In this document: positions 47,683 to 57,172 of the stretch, piece by piece | Position numbering within the stretch: position 1 is the first letter of the stretch | Layout: every line of letters starts with the position of its first letter | Notes under the pieces: model-generated | Database searches by the model: none | What the model was told of the DNA's origin: nothing | Seen by the model: the letters and a program-made list of their open reading frames with translations, nothing else | Made by a program: the position numbers and the translations under genes | DNA from: Candidatus Poribacteria bacterium | Lineage (GTDB): Bacteria; Poribacteria; WGA-4E; GCA-2687025 | DNA length: 64,000 nucleotides | Reading direction: 5' to 3' | Assembly: GCA_963665845.2 (NCBI GenBank) | Contig: OY762492.1 | Coordinates: 3,467,895 to 3,531,894, forward strand

Positions 47683-50247
47683 ATGGAAAATCGCAAATCA
47701 ACGCTGCGGCGCATACAGTACCGCTGGTTTGGAAGCTTGAGCGGTCAATTGCTGCTCATGTTTGTGGCGGCGTCGGCGATACCGGCTCTGGCGGTGGTGT
47801 TTTTGCCGAGGATCGGATTGTATGCGCAGAGCCGCGCGTCGCTTCAAAGGGCGATCGGATCCGAACTGCATAAAACATCGGTGGAAGCGCGCGAGAGCGC
47901 AACCCTGCTTGTTACAGAAGAGCTGAAATGGGCGGAGCAGCAGGCTGACCGCGCCATCGGCAAACATGTGCGGGAAATCGCCAAGCAGAACATGGACACG
48001 ATGCTCATCATCGGCGCATGGGGAAGCGGCGAATCTCCTCTTGGCAGCGGGGCGGATATTATTGTCAGCAATATCGTCAGGGAACGTTCGCGCGTCGTCG
48101 GTTACACGATCGCCGACCATCGCGGACTGACCCTCGCATCCAACGAAAAGAGCCGTCCCGCCACCGTTTTAAACGAAACATGGTGGAAGGAGACGGTTCA
48201 AAACAACAGACCGCATATCGGCAAGACAGGTTTTCATAACAAACACGATTCGGTTGTCGCGCGGCTTGCCGTGCCGATACGCGAGAACTCCAACCGCAGC
48301 AGCAAGCCGGTAGGCGCGATGCGTTTAACGCTCTCCTTTCCAGAGCTGGCCGATCTCAGCGGCGCCGGCGCCCAGGAGGATCCGCGCCGCATTGAAATTT
48401 TAGGGCGCGATCCGCATGACCCTGACAACCGCTATGTGTATCTGGTCAGCTCATCGGAGCCTGGATGGGACCGCCTTGAAAACGAGGACACGGTCTGGGT
48501 GGAGCTGGAGCCGAGGCGAAGCGGGCGCGCCGCCGGCAACAACGGCGCCGTGAAAAGCCTGATGATCAGCGCGCGCGTCTCTCTCGGCAAATTTGCGCAT
48601 CCCGACCTGGGCGAGGAAGAGTATGCGGTGGAGGGTTTGACAGCGTCTGAATTTGCGGACATGGCGTTTGAAAGGCTGTCCGATTCTCCAAATCCGCCGT
48701 TGGGGGTCATGGTTTCCGTTCGAAAAATGGGACTGACCTTTTCAAAATCGGCGGAAGACGCGACGGACGCCGCCAGCAGATCCGACGCCCCCGTCTACCG
48801 CATCGAACCGGACAGCAAAAATGTGGAGCGGGTCTGGGCATACGACAAGTTTATCGGACCGATACCGCTCTGGTCGGCGCTCGTCTCGGAGCCGACGACG
48901 GTCGCCTTCATCTCTGAACAAATGCTCTGGAAGCGCATCCTGTGGACGATCGGCTTGGCGGCGGTCGTTTTCGGCATCGTCTCGTTTCTCTTTGTGCGCC
49001 GAATTGTGCGCCCGATACGTCAGATCACCGACGCGGCGCACACCATCCGCCTCGGAAATTACCAGCAGGCGATACCGATCACAAGCCATAACGAGATCGG
49101 AATACTGGGCGAAGAATTCAACGCCATGACGCAGACGCTGCAGGACGCCCTGGCGCGAATCCGCCAAGAAGAGCGGAAGTTGAACTCGGTCTTGAACGGC
49201 ATCGCCGAAGGGATCGTCCATTTAGACCTGGAGCGGCGCATTGTGCTGCTGAACCCGGCGGCGGAGGCGCTGCTGAATTTGCCGTCGGACGCGGTCGGCA
49301 AGACGGTCGACGAGGCGCTGGACCCGCAGCTGCTGGAGCGGCTCTTTCCGCCCGACAGAATGCGCCCATTGAGCCATCGAGTGAACGCCTACGAGGTGGA
49401 GATCGAACGGAATAAACAAAAAATCGCGCTCAAAGTGGTGCGCGGGCCGGTCTACTACACGGACGGGGCGCCGACGGGCGCGGTGTATGTGCTGGACGAC
49501 ATCACCCGCGAAAAAGAGATTGACCAGATGAAATCGGAGTTTGTCGCGCTGGTCTCGCATGAGCTGCGCACCCCGCTGACCTCCATTTACGGCTACACGC
49601 GGCTCATTTTAGACGGAAAAACAGGCGTCATACCAGAGGTGATGCGCGACAAACTGGAGCGGGTGGAACGGCAGGCGGTCAGGCTGTCCGGTTTGATCAG
49701 CGACCTGCTAGACCTTTCGCGCATCGAATCGGGGCGCATTGAGCTGAAGTTGGAGCCGCTGGACCTTGCGGAGGTCGGAAAGACGCGCATGGATGAAATC
49801 AGTCCCCAAGCCGCCGAGAAACGCATCCGTCTTTCGTTTGAAGCGGAACCTGGACTTCCGCTTGCGACAGGCGACGCGGACCGCATCGGGCAGGCGGTAA
49901 CGAACCTGCTCGGCAACGCGGTCAAGTTCACCCCGGACGATGGAACGGTTGAAACGCGCGTCGGGCGGGAGGGCGGCTATCTTTGGTTGAGCGTCAAAGA
50001 CACTGGCCCCGGCATCGCGCAAAGCGACCAGGAGATGATTTTCGACAAGTTCCGTCAATCGTCCAATCATCAAACGCGCAAGCAGGGCGGAACAGGTTTA
50101 GGACTCGCCATCGCGCGCAGCATTATTCAGGCGCACGGGGGCGAAATATGGGTCGAAAGCGCCCTCGGCAAAGGAAGCGAATTCGCCTTTCGAATACCGA
50201 TAGACGAAGCGGGCGAGACGGTACAGTTCACCGAAAACTCGATCTAG
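47683..50247 (+). CDS. Sensor histidine kinase (two TM helices, large periplasmic sensor, HAMP, PAS, HisKA, HATPase_c)
   Basis: HAMP RRIVRPIRQITDAAHTIRLGNYQQ...EIGILGEEFNAMT. H-box FVALVSHELRTPLTSIYGY. N/G boxes LLGNAVKFTP, DTGPGI and GGTGLGLAIARSII. No response regulator is adjacent. Confidence 0.9.
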   Translation: MENRKSTLRRIQYRWFGSLSGQLLLMFVAASAIPALAVVFLPRIGLYAQSRASLQRAIGSELHKTSVEARESATLLVTEELKWAEQQADRAIGKHVREIAKQNMDTMLIIGAWGSGESPLGSGADIIVSNIVRERSRVVGYTIADHRGLTLASNEKSRPATVLNETWWKETVQNNRPHIGKTGFHNKHDSVVARLAVPIRENSNRSSKPVGAMRLTLSFPELADLSGAGAQEDPRRIEILGRDPHDPDNRYVYLVSSSEPGWDRLENEDTVWVELEPRRSGRAAGNNGAVKSLMISARVSLGKFAHPDLGEEEYAVEGLTASEFADMAFERLSDSPNPPLGVMVSVRKMGLTFSKSAEDATDAASRSDAPVYRIEPDSKNVERVWAYDKFIGPIPLWSALVSEPTTVAFISEQMLWKRILWTIGLAAVVFGIVSFLFVRRIVRPIRQITDAAHTIRLGNYQQAIPITSHNEIGILGEEFNAMTQTLQDALARIRQEERKLNSVLNGIAEGIVHLDLERRIVLLNPAAEALLNLPSDAVGKTVDEALDPQLLERLFPPDRMRPLSHRVNAYEVEIERNKQKIALKVVRGPVYYTDGAPTGAVYVLDDITREKEIDQMKSEFVALVSHELRTPLTSIYGYTRLILDGKTGVIPEVMRDKLERVERQAVRLSGLISDLLDLSRIESGRIELKLEPLDLAEVGKTRMDEISPQAAEKRIRLSFEAEPGLPLATGDADRIGQAVTNLLGNAVKFTPDDGTVETRVGREGGYLWLSVKDTGPGIAQSDQEMIFDKFRQSSNHQTRKQGGTGLGLAIARSIIQAHGGEIWVESALGKGSEFAFRIPIDEAGETVQFTENSI

Positions 50248-50260
50248 GGAGGAAAGCCGC

Positions 50261-52192
50261 ATGCGTAAAAGGGCGCGGCGCATGGCGGCTTGGACGCTCG
50301 CGCTGAGCATTCTAGCGCTGACCGGCTGCGGACCGGAAGAGCCGACGACCATGCCCCTCGGCGCATGGAAAATCGCGCGGCAAGGAAAATGGCGCGGCAC
50401 GTTTTACGATCTGGAGTTTGCGAATGCCCAGACCGGATGGGCGGTCGGAAGTACGGAAGGGGCGCAGAAAGCTCTCATCGCGCATACCTCCAACGGCGGA
50501 GCGGAATGGACGCCTCAACATGCGGATGTACAAGGACCGATGCGCCGCGCCGCCTTTCAAAACGAAAAGGTCGGATGGATCGTCGGGGACGGCGGAATCG
50601 TTGTCGGAACGGGCGACGGCGGAACGACATGGACGCGCCTTAACCTGAACAGCTCCAGCGCCTTTTACGACATCTTTGCAGGACATGGCGCCGTTTGGAT
50701 CGTCGGGGACCACGGCGCCGCGTTCCGCTCCCGGAACGAAGGACTCGATTGGGAACCTGCGGGGAAGGGGCTGGAGCAAGCGTCGCTGCGGGCGGTTCAT
50801 TTTATCGACGCGCAAACGGGATGGGCGGCAGGATGGAGCGGGCGCATTTTCCGCACCGACGACGGCGGAGACGCATGGATCCCGCAGCAGACGCCCGATT
50901 CCATCGGCGGCGCCGAATTGACGCGCATCCGTTTTTTTGACGCGCAAAGAGGCTTTGCGGTCGGCGACCAGCGGACGATCCTAGCGACGGAGGACGGAGG
51001 CGAAACATGGCGCCATATCACCGACGGCTCCAACGAGCGGCATTTTCAAATCTACGGACAAAAACGCCGCCTCGGCGACGAGCCGCTTCACAGTTACATG
51101 CTGTACGACCTGCACATCGAGCCGCCGAACAGGTTATGGGTCGCGGGCGATCTGGGCGCGGCGCTGAAGTCGGAGAACGGAGGCAAAGTTTGGACTCACA
51201 TGCTGGGCGGCCGCACCGGAAAGCGGGGGGCGCATCCCGTTTTTCTCGCCGTTGAATTTGCCGACGCAAACGCAGGATGGGTCGCGGGCGAAGGCGGCGG
51301 GATCTACGCCACCAACGACGGCGGAAAGACATGGACGGCGCAATCGACAACGGCGGGGCTGCTCTACGGCGTCTGCTTCGCCAGCCCGAAGGTCGGCTGG
51401 GCGGTCGGCGACCGAGGCGACGCCCTGTTCACCTCCGACGGCGGACTCAACTGGACGGCGCAGGACAGCTCCACCGACGAATGTTTCAGCTCAACGCATT
51501 TTATAGATGAACGGCGCGGCTGGGCGGCGGCGGAGTTCGGCGTCATCGTCCATACCGACGACGGCGGCGAAACATGGACGAAACAGGAGACGCCCGGCAA
51601 TATCGACCTGTTGGACATCTACTTCGCGGACAAGCGAAACGGATGGGCGGTCGGCGTCGCAGGGAAGATTTACCGAACGGCGAACGGAGGCGCCGACTGG
51701 ACAGAATCGGAGGCGCCTGTCAAGCGGGAGCTGTTTGCCGTCCATTTTGTGAACCCAAAGATCGGATGGGCGGCGGGGAAGGAGGGCGCCGTCGTACGCT
51801 CAAGCGACGGCGGCGTTACATGGACGCGCCAAGCGGAGCAGATCGGATCCGATGTGTGGCTGATGAGCGTCTACTTTCATGATAAACAAAACGGCTGGAC
51901 ATGTTCAGCCGAAGGGCGCATTTTTATGACGCAGGACGGCGGGCAGACATGGACAGAGCAGGAGACGGGCGTTGACGCAGTTCTTTACGACATCGCCTTT
52001 TTAGACAAACGAAACGGATGGGCGGTCGGCGGCGGCGGGCTGATCCTGCAGACGACAGACGGCGGAACCCGTTGGCGCAAACGGCCAAGCGGAGTCGATG
52101 TGGACTTAACAGGCATCGATTTCGCCGACTGGCGCAACGGCTGGATCGTCGGGCAATGGGGAACGATCCTGCGGTATGCCGCGCACGAATAA
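50261..52192 (+). CDS. Lipoprotein with tandem BNR/Asp-box (Ycf48-like/sortilin-type) beta-propeller repeats
   Basis: GGGAGG RBS followed by ATG. Lipobox LSILALTGC. About 14 repeats of S/T-x-D-G-G-x-T-W (TSNGGAEWT, TGDGGTTWT, TDDGGDAWI, TEDGGETWR, ...), each followed by GWAVG-type strands. Confidence 0.8.
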   Translation: MRKRARRMAAWTLALSILALTGCGPEEPTTMPLGAWKIARQGKWRGTFYDLEFANAQTGWAVGSTEGAQKALIAHTSNGGAEWTPQHADVQGPMRRAAFQNEKVGWIVGDGGIVVGTGDGGTTWTRLNLNSSSAFYDIFAGHGAVWIVGDHGAAFRSRNEGLDWEPAGKGLEQASLRAVHFIDAQTGWAAGWSGRIFRTDDGGDAWIPQQTPDSIGGAELTRIRFFDAQRGFAVGDQRTILATEDGGETWRHITDGSNERHFQIYGQKRRLGDEPLHSYMLYDLHIEPPNRLWVAGDLGAALKSENGGKVWTHMLGGRTGKRGAHPVFLAVEFADANAGWVAGEGGGIYATNDGGKTWTAQSTTAGLLYGVCFASPKVGWAVGDRGDALFTSDGGLNWTAQDSSTDECFSSTHFIDERRGWAAAEFGVIVHTDDGGETWTKQETPGNIDLLDIYFADKRNGWAVGVAGKIYRTANGGADWTESEAPVKRELFAVHFVNPKIGWAAGKEGAVVRSSDGGVTWTRQAEQIGSDVWLMSVYFHDKQNGWTCSAEGRIFMTQDGGQTWTEQETGVDAVLYDIAFLDKRNGWAVGGGGLILQTTDGGTRWRKRPSGVDVDLTGIDFADWRNGWIVGQWGTILRYAAHE

Positions 52193-52239
52193 CGGACATT
52201 CCGACGCCGATCCTGCCCGTCAGGACATCGTCCCACGCC

Positions 52240-52322
52240 GTCATTCCCGCCCCCTCCTTGTCATTCCCGCCCCCTCCTTGTCATTCCCGCCCCCTCCTCG
52301 TCATTCCCGCGCAAGCGGGAAT
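52240..52322 (+). repeat. Tandem 20-bp repeat (3 copies of TCATTCCCGCCCCCTCCTTG) ending in a complete ATTCCC-N8-GGGAAT hairpin
   Basis: Read directly: TCATTCCCGCCCCCTCCTTG x2, TCATTCCCGCCCCCTCCTCG, then TCATTCCCGCGCAAGCGGGAAT (hairpin core 52303-52322). Confidence 0.85.
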
Positions 52323-52371
52323 CTTAGACGCCGCAGAAACCTTTCGCGCCCGCCAGACGTCATGTCAAGTA

Positions 52372-52537
52372 TGACCTCACGCCTAAAGTTGGGACATTTG
52401 AACGACCAAAGCCTTTATTCATGGGGAAAAAGCCTCGCAGACCAGATCGTCATTCCCGCGTAAGCGGGAATCCAGAGGCGCCGCAGACGACGTCCGCGTC
52501 CGCCCGCCGGCATGTCCCAACTAAAGACGTAAGGTCT
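52372..52537 (+). mobile_element. MITE type II, complete copy
   Basis: TGACCTCACGCCTAAAGTTGGGACATTTGAAC...GTCATTCCCGCGTAAGCGGGAATCCAGAGG...GGCATGTCCCAACTAAAGACGTAAGGTC. Confidence 0.75.
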
Positions 52538-52630
52538 GATGTCAAGTGTCTTGACACGTGAATCAGCCGATGTTATTGTGTTGGCGCATCGGCAAGAAAG
52601 CTGTTGATTCAAAAGAACCTAGGTTACGGT

Positions 52631-53008
52631 ATGTCAATGAACGAGAACACAATGGCGAATATAAAGCTTCTGCGTGAGAAGACGCAGCGGCGTCTGGAAT
52701 CCAAGCTGGCGTCTGTGAATCTGGCGCCTGCAACGTTTGGTCTCAAGGCGGGATGGGATCCGACCCCCTATGTCGAGTATATCGACCAGGAGCATGTCCG
52801 CGTCTGCATTCAGGTTGGCGAATTCATGATCTTTCTCGATACGCAGCGGAAAGAGCTGTGCGGTCAACATAAATACGCTAAGCATGCGATCCCAGTGGGC
52901 GCTGACTTGGCGGAGATTGTCGCTGAATACTGGCAATGGCGGCGCGCCTGCATTCTGGCGCGGGAAGCAGAAATTGAGGCGGAGAAACAAGATATTCCTG
53001 TTTTCTAA
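52631..53008 (+). CDS. Hypothetical small protein (125 aa), lower G+C
   Basis: The ORF follows a candidate promoter: TTGACA 52551-52556, a 17-nt spacer, then TATTGT 52574-52579. No recognisable motif. The start is uncertain (TTG 52604, ATG 52631 or ATG 52637). Confidence 0.45.
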   Translation: MSMNENTMANIKLLREKTQRRLESKLASVNLAPATFGLKAGWDPTPYVEYIDQEHVRVCIQVGEFMIFLDTQRKELCGQHKYAKHAIPVGADLAEIVAEYWQWRRACILAREAEIEAEKQDIPVF

Positions 53009-53041
53009 GCGGGCTTCAGGCTCATCCGGCGAACTTCAATA

Positions 53042-54481
53042 TCAAAACCTTTGAAAGCTCTCGCCCCAGTAGACATCCAGAAGCCAGGACTCTTCGCTCT
53101 CCAGCTCTTTTCGGCTGTAACGCCCGTATTCCGCTTCCGCCTCCGACCATGGGCGCAGCCGCAGCTCTACCCGATCGCCGACCTCCAAAGAAGCGGCGCG
53201 CGTCCACTCATGCGCGCGCATTCCCCACACAAACGCGACCGCCTCCGCAGGCGTCTCCGCGCCCGCGCCTAACAGCGACAGCTCGCCTAAACGAAGCGCG
53301 ATGACGCAATCGCCGTACGGCGTGGAACCCGGCGCCGGCGGCCGCGTCAACTCCAACACCACGCCGCGCGCCAGACCCGCCTCTGACAGCGCAGGCTGCT
53401 CAGGCGAACGCTCAAACGAACCCATCGGATACAGCCGCCAATCGCCCCAAGACAGCTCCCGCGCCGCAAATTGCCACAACACAACCCGCGCGTTCGCCAA
53501 ACGACCCGAATCGCGCGCCAGTTCGCGCCGCGTCGTATGGCTGCCCCCCTCGTTCAACACGATGCGGTCAACCGGACGCCCAAGCGCATAGGACAATTGC
53601 TCCGCAAACCCAGCCGACGATCCCCAGCTCATCTCCTCCAGCGAATAGATGTTGCTGAAGCTGTCGCCCAGCAGCAGAATTTCGGCGCCGCGCCGCGCCT
53701 GCCAAGGCGTTCCGTCCGCCGCCGCTATCGGCTCAATCTCGACCCGCTCCGCCGGCAGATCGATGTCCAGCATTCCCGCCAGATCGCCCCGCCCCTTGAC
53801 CGAGCGCGTTTGGCGAACATATCGGTCGGTTTTCGGCGACAGATCAACGCGCGCCTCCTCAACCCGCGCTTCGATGAAACGCGCCGCCTCCTCCGATATC
53901 TCGCGCATCGCCGAGGGGGTCCAGTGCGTGTCGGTTTTCAGATAGGCGCGCGGAACCGCCTCCAGCGTCCAGACGCCCTCGCCGCGCAGCCGCTCAATAA
54001 ACGCTTCATAGGACGGGTTGCGCAGGACAGTCCCTGGTTCAAGCCGCCGCCGCGTGAAATGCGTCCACTCGACCGCCGACTTCGGCGCGACCGGCATGAC
54101 GATGAGACGAATGCCGCGCTCCTCCAGCTGACGCTGAAAATCCAGTATCGCATTCAGCGGCTGTTCAATCGAAAAGGGGGCGCCGGAGGTGTGTTCTATG
54201 TCCGGCTGATAAAAAAGCCAGCCGCCCTTGCCAAGATACGCCTGTCCGCCGCCCGCCGCGCCGACATGCGTCAACGCGCGCTGCGTCCAAGGGCGCAGCC
54301 GCTCCGACAACGGCGGCCGCTCCTCCAGCGCGTCCTCATACGCCTCTATGTGCGGGAGGGAAATGCCGGCGGGGGGAGGAGGCGCGCCTTCTCCAAACAG
54401 CTGATGAAGCAGCGCCGGAACCCCAACCGTCAAGCAGAAGAGAATGACGATCGCCCATCTCGTTTTAGAAAATGCCGCCAT
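53042..54481 (-). CDS. AlgJ/AlgX-like SGNH-fold O-acetyltransferase partner protein with an extra C-terminal domain
   Basis: N-terminal TM anchor. DTHWT motif (YLKTDTHWTPSAM) and LLLGDSFSNIY, typical of AlgJ/AlgX-type acetyltransferases. The C-terminal ~100 aa are shared with two other proteins of the locus. Confidence 0.7.
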   Translation of the reverse strand: MAAFSKTRWAIVILFCLTVGVPALLHQLFGEGAPPPPAGISLPHIEAYEDALEERPPLSERLRPWTQRALTHVGAAGGGQAYLGKGGWLFYQPDIEHTSGAPFSIEQPLNAILDFQRQLEERGIRLIVMPVAPKSAVEWTHFTRRRLEPGTVLRNPSYEAFIERLRGEGVWTLEAVPRAYLKTDTHWTPSAMREISEEAARFIEARVEEARVDLSPKTDRYVRQTRSVKGRGDLAGMLDIDLPAERVEIEPIAAADGTPWQARRGAEILLLGDSFSNIYSLEEMSWGSSAGFAEQLSYALGRPVDRIVLNEGGSHTTRRELARDSGRLANARVVLWQFAARELSWGDWRLYPMGSFERSPEQPALSEAGLARGVVLELTRPPAPGSTPYGDCVIALRLGELSLLGAGAETPAEAVAFVWGMRAHEWTRAASLEVGDRVELRLRPWSEAEAEYGRYSRKELESEESWLLDVYWGESFQRF

Positions 54482-54564
54482 CTGTTGACCGCCTATTCGC
54501 CCGCTTTGATGAAAGCGAACTGATGATACCGCGCGCCGATGCCGCGGTCAACGGCGGCGCGTCC

Positions 54565-54652
54565 GATTCCCCCTTGAAAAGGGGGTTAGGGGGTTTGAGC
54601 CGCGCGCCGACGCGTCCGATTCCCCCTTGAAAAGGGGGGCTAGGGGGGTTTT
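54565..54652. repeat. Two tandem C/G-rich hairpin units
   Basis: GATTCCCCCTTGAAAAGGGGGTTAGGGGGTTT (54565-54597) and GATTCCCCCTTGAAAAGGGGGGCTAGGGGGGTTTT (54617-54652). They are followed by an ATTCCC-N8-GGGAAT hairpin at 54688-54707 and a type II TIR remnant. Confidence 0.85.
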
Positions 54653-54745
54653 ATGCGCCGCAGAAACTGTCCGATCCTCAATTCGTCATTCCCGCGCAAG
54701 CGGGAATCTAGAGGCGCCGCAGAAGCCGCCCGCGTTCCCATGCCC

Positions 54746-55324
54746 TTAAGTTGGGACATTGTCTTGAGGCATTCCTCTCGATTCTTCATAAGCCTCGACA
54801 AGCGCTTTTGCCGCGCTTGGCGTCAATGCGCCTTCCGTCAACATCGCCCGAATTTTCAGTAAAAACGGATTTTCCGTATTCTCGAGGCTTCGCGTTAAAT
54901 CCTCCAACATCGATTTTCTATGTTCAGCCTCTCTTATTCTTTTGAGAAGTACCGGAAACAAGACGCCGAAAATGATTGCGCCAAGGAGTCCGCCATAACC
55001 AAATCCGAACCATACGCCGTAAGGTTGTCCGGACAGAAATGCAGCGATGCCGACGACGAGTGAAACGACCGAGAGGAGAAACGCGAAGGCGTGGACTCCT
55101 AAAGTAAGTTTCACCGCTTTTCCTCTTGACGCAAACACGCCTCCCAATGTGCCGACAACCCCGCCAAGGATGCCCAATGTCGAACCGAGTATCCCCCCTA
55201 TCCATCCAGGGTGGACCCAAGGTTCGACGACACGCGCTCCGTTTTGAGCCGACGCGCTCAAGCATAAAACCGAGAAGAGGACGCTCAACGCGGCGGCGAA
55301 GCGAACGAACCGATTGCCTGTCAT
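54746..55324 (-). CDS. Hypothetical integral membrane protein (signal peptide, 4 Gly-rich TM helices, cytoplasmic helical tail)
   Basis: GGAGG RBS followed by ATG 55324. MTGNRFVRFAAALSVLFSVLCLSASA. GWIGGILGSTLGILGGVVGTLGGVF. Confidence 0.55.
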   Translation of the reverse strand: MTGNRFVRFAAALSVLFSVLCLSASAQNGARVVEPWVHPGWIGGILGSTLGILGGVVGTLGGVFASRGKAVKLTLGVHAFAFLLSVVSLVVGIAAFLSGQPYGVWFGFGYGGLLGAIIFGVLFPVLLKRIREAEHRKSMLEDLTRSLENTENPFLLKIRAMLTEGALTPSAAKALVEAYEESRGMPQDNVPT

Positions 55325-55349
55325 GAGAAGAATTCCTCCATTCTTATGG

Positions 55350-56666
55350 TTAGTCTTTGCCCTGAAACGAATCATTGGCGCGTTTCTGCGCCGCCGACCA
55401 TTTCGCCCGATATTCAGGATTCTCCTGTATCTTGCGCATGATATCTTGAGGCGTCATACCGCCCATGAGAAGCATTTCCAACTTTGAAGGGATGCCAATA
55501 GAGCTAGCCGCGCTTCTAAACATCGCATCCTTCTTTACACTTGCTGAATTTGCGTCGTGAATGATCATGCGATCCAAGACGTTGACGAAATACTTTTCGG
55601 ATACCTGCGCTTTCCGCTCTTCAACCGACGCCCCTTGCCGCCGCAATTGAGCGTCCAGATTGGCAAGGTCCTCCATTGATTCGGTCATTACGTCCGCATA
55701 CTCCGTCAATTCAGGCGAATGGGCTTTCAGCTTTTTTGCGAAGTCGAACACTTCCTGAATGCCCTCTAGGAGCTGGTTTGCAAAATCGTCAAGAACGTCG
55801 GCGGGAGCGGCCTCCGGGGGCGGAGCGGTCAAGGTTTCCGGCGTTTCGCCGGCGTCCTGCGGGGCGTCAGAAGAGAGCGTTGAGTCGGCGCCGTTAGCTG
55901 TTTCGGTTTGGGTTGAGACGCCGTCGTTTGAAGCGCCGTCGTTTGAAGCGCTGGTCTCGACAGGCGGCGTCTGCTCTTCAATCGTCAACCCCGGCGTCTC
56001 GCTGTTGGATGAACCGCCGTATTCCAGCCAGAGATACCCGCCCAGCAGCGCGAGAATCAGAACTGCCGTAATTCCAAGAACGATCTTCGTTGATTTTGTC
56101 ATGAGAACGATTCCTCCAAATGCGTTGCGCGTCAGGTTGACAAGCGGCAAAACGAGCGCGATCTTCATGCCTTCCATTATTTTTTTGAGACGCTGTTTGG
56201 CGCGGTGCAGCCGTATCCCGACCGCCGAATAGGACAACCCATGCCGCTTCTGCAGATCGGCGTACGACTCCTCGTCCATATACCTCCCGCGCAGCAGATC
56301 GCGGTCAACAGGGTTCAGCCTGTTCATCGCTTGGCGTATCAGCTCGTTCCTCTCCGCTTGTTCGAGGGCGTCCAGCGGGTCGCTTTCGTCTGTCAGCTCC
56401 GCCTCGTCCGTCAGCGGATGCTCTGCCCTGCGGTAATGCGCTCGGTTCCAGTCGTCCGCCACGTTGCGCGCAATGCCGGCGATCCACTGCTTCAGCTTGG
56501 CAGGGTCGCGCAGCTGCGCTCGGTTCGCATAGACCCGCGCGATTGTTTCTTGGACGAAGTCGTCCAGCTCGTTTTGGTTGCGCAGTTTGCGTCTCCCGAC
56601 GGCGCGTATATGCTCCATCTGTTCCAGAACCGTCTTGTCGAAATCGGTCAGCGGTCGATCTTTCAA
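55350..56666 (-). CDS. ECF-type sigma-70 factor fused to a TM helix and an extracytoplasmic C-terminal domain
   Basis: Region 2 DDFVQETIARVYAN...WIAGIARNVADDW. Region 4 ESYADLQKRHGLSYSAVGIRLHRAKQRLKKIM. Then the TM helix IVLGITAVLILALLGGYLWL, a low-complexity linker and a helical domain of about 150 aa. Start is TTG 56666 or ATG 56618. Confidence 0.75.
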   Translation of the reverse strand: MKDRPLTDFDKTVLEQMEHIRAVGRRKLRNQNELDDFVQETIARVYANRAQLRDPAKLKQWIAGIARNVADDWNRAHYRRAEHPLTDEAELTDESDPLDALEQAERNELIRQAMNRLNPVDRDLLRGRYMDEESYADLQKRHGLSYSAVGIRLHRAKQRLKKIMEGMKIALVLPLVNLTRNAFGGIVLMTKSTKIVLGITAVLILALLGGYLWLEYGGSSNSETPGLTIEEQTPPVETSASNDGASNDGVSTQTETANGADSTLSSDAPQDAGETPETLTAPPPEAAPADVLDDFANQLLEGIQEVFDFAKKLKAHSPELTEYADVMTESMEDLANLDAQLRRQGASVEERKAQVSEKYFVNVLDRMIIHDANSASVKKDAMFRSAASSIGIPSKLEMLLMGGMTPQDIMRKIQENPEYRAKWSAAQKRANDSFQGKD

Positions 56667-56775
56667 AGCGCAACTCCCTCGTTCAGATGGTTTGTAGCGT
56701 TCGCCCTGCAGATTTTACATGTTTTTGCGGGCATTACGCTCATACGGGATATTCGCGGCGCCGCGTCCGATTCCC

Positions 56776-56943
56776 CTGACCTCATCCTTAGAGTTGGGAC
56801 AATTCTGGTTGTGAACGCGGACGGTTTCGGGGTAGACTCTGGATTCCCGCTTGCGCGGGAATGACGGTTTGGTTGGCGGCGCCTTTTTCCCATGAATAAA
56901 GCGATTGTCGGTTCAAATGTCCCAACTTTATACATGAGGTCAG
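56776..56943 (-). mobile_element. MITE type II, complete 168-bp copy, reverse orientation
   Basis: CTGACCTCATCCTTAGAGTTGGGACAA...GGATTCCCGCTTGCGCGGGAATGAC...GGTTCAAATGTCCCAACTTTATACATGAGGTCAG. Confidence 0.8.
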
Positions 56944-57172
56944 ATTCTCCCCTTGAAAAGGGGGTTAGGGGGGTTTAGCGCCTGCGGTAAAGCGCGCGGG
57001 AATCCAGAGGCGTCGCAGACGACGTTCGCGTTCGCCCGTCATGCCCGCGCCCGGGAGGCGTCATTTATATAATGACTCCCGCATAAGCGGGAATCTAGAG
57101 GCGCCGCAAGAGACGTCTCGCGTCCGCTATCAGATTTGTCTCAAATCTATGGGCAGGCTCAGAGAAATCCCA

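Noticed and set aside
56900-56930. A GGTTCAAAT motif resembling a tRNA T-arm (also near 4275-4290).
   Set aside because: It is part of the type II MITE terminal region. No acceptor or anticodon stems can be drawn around it.
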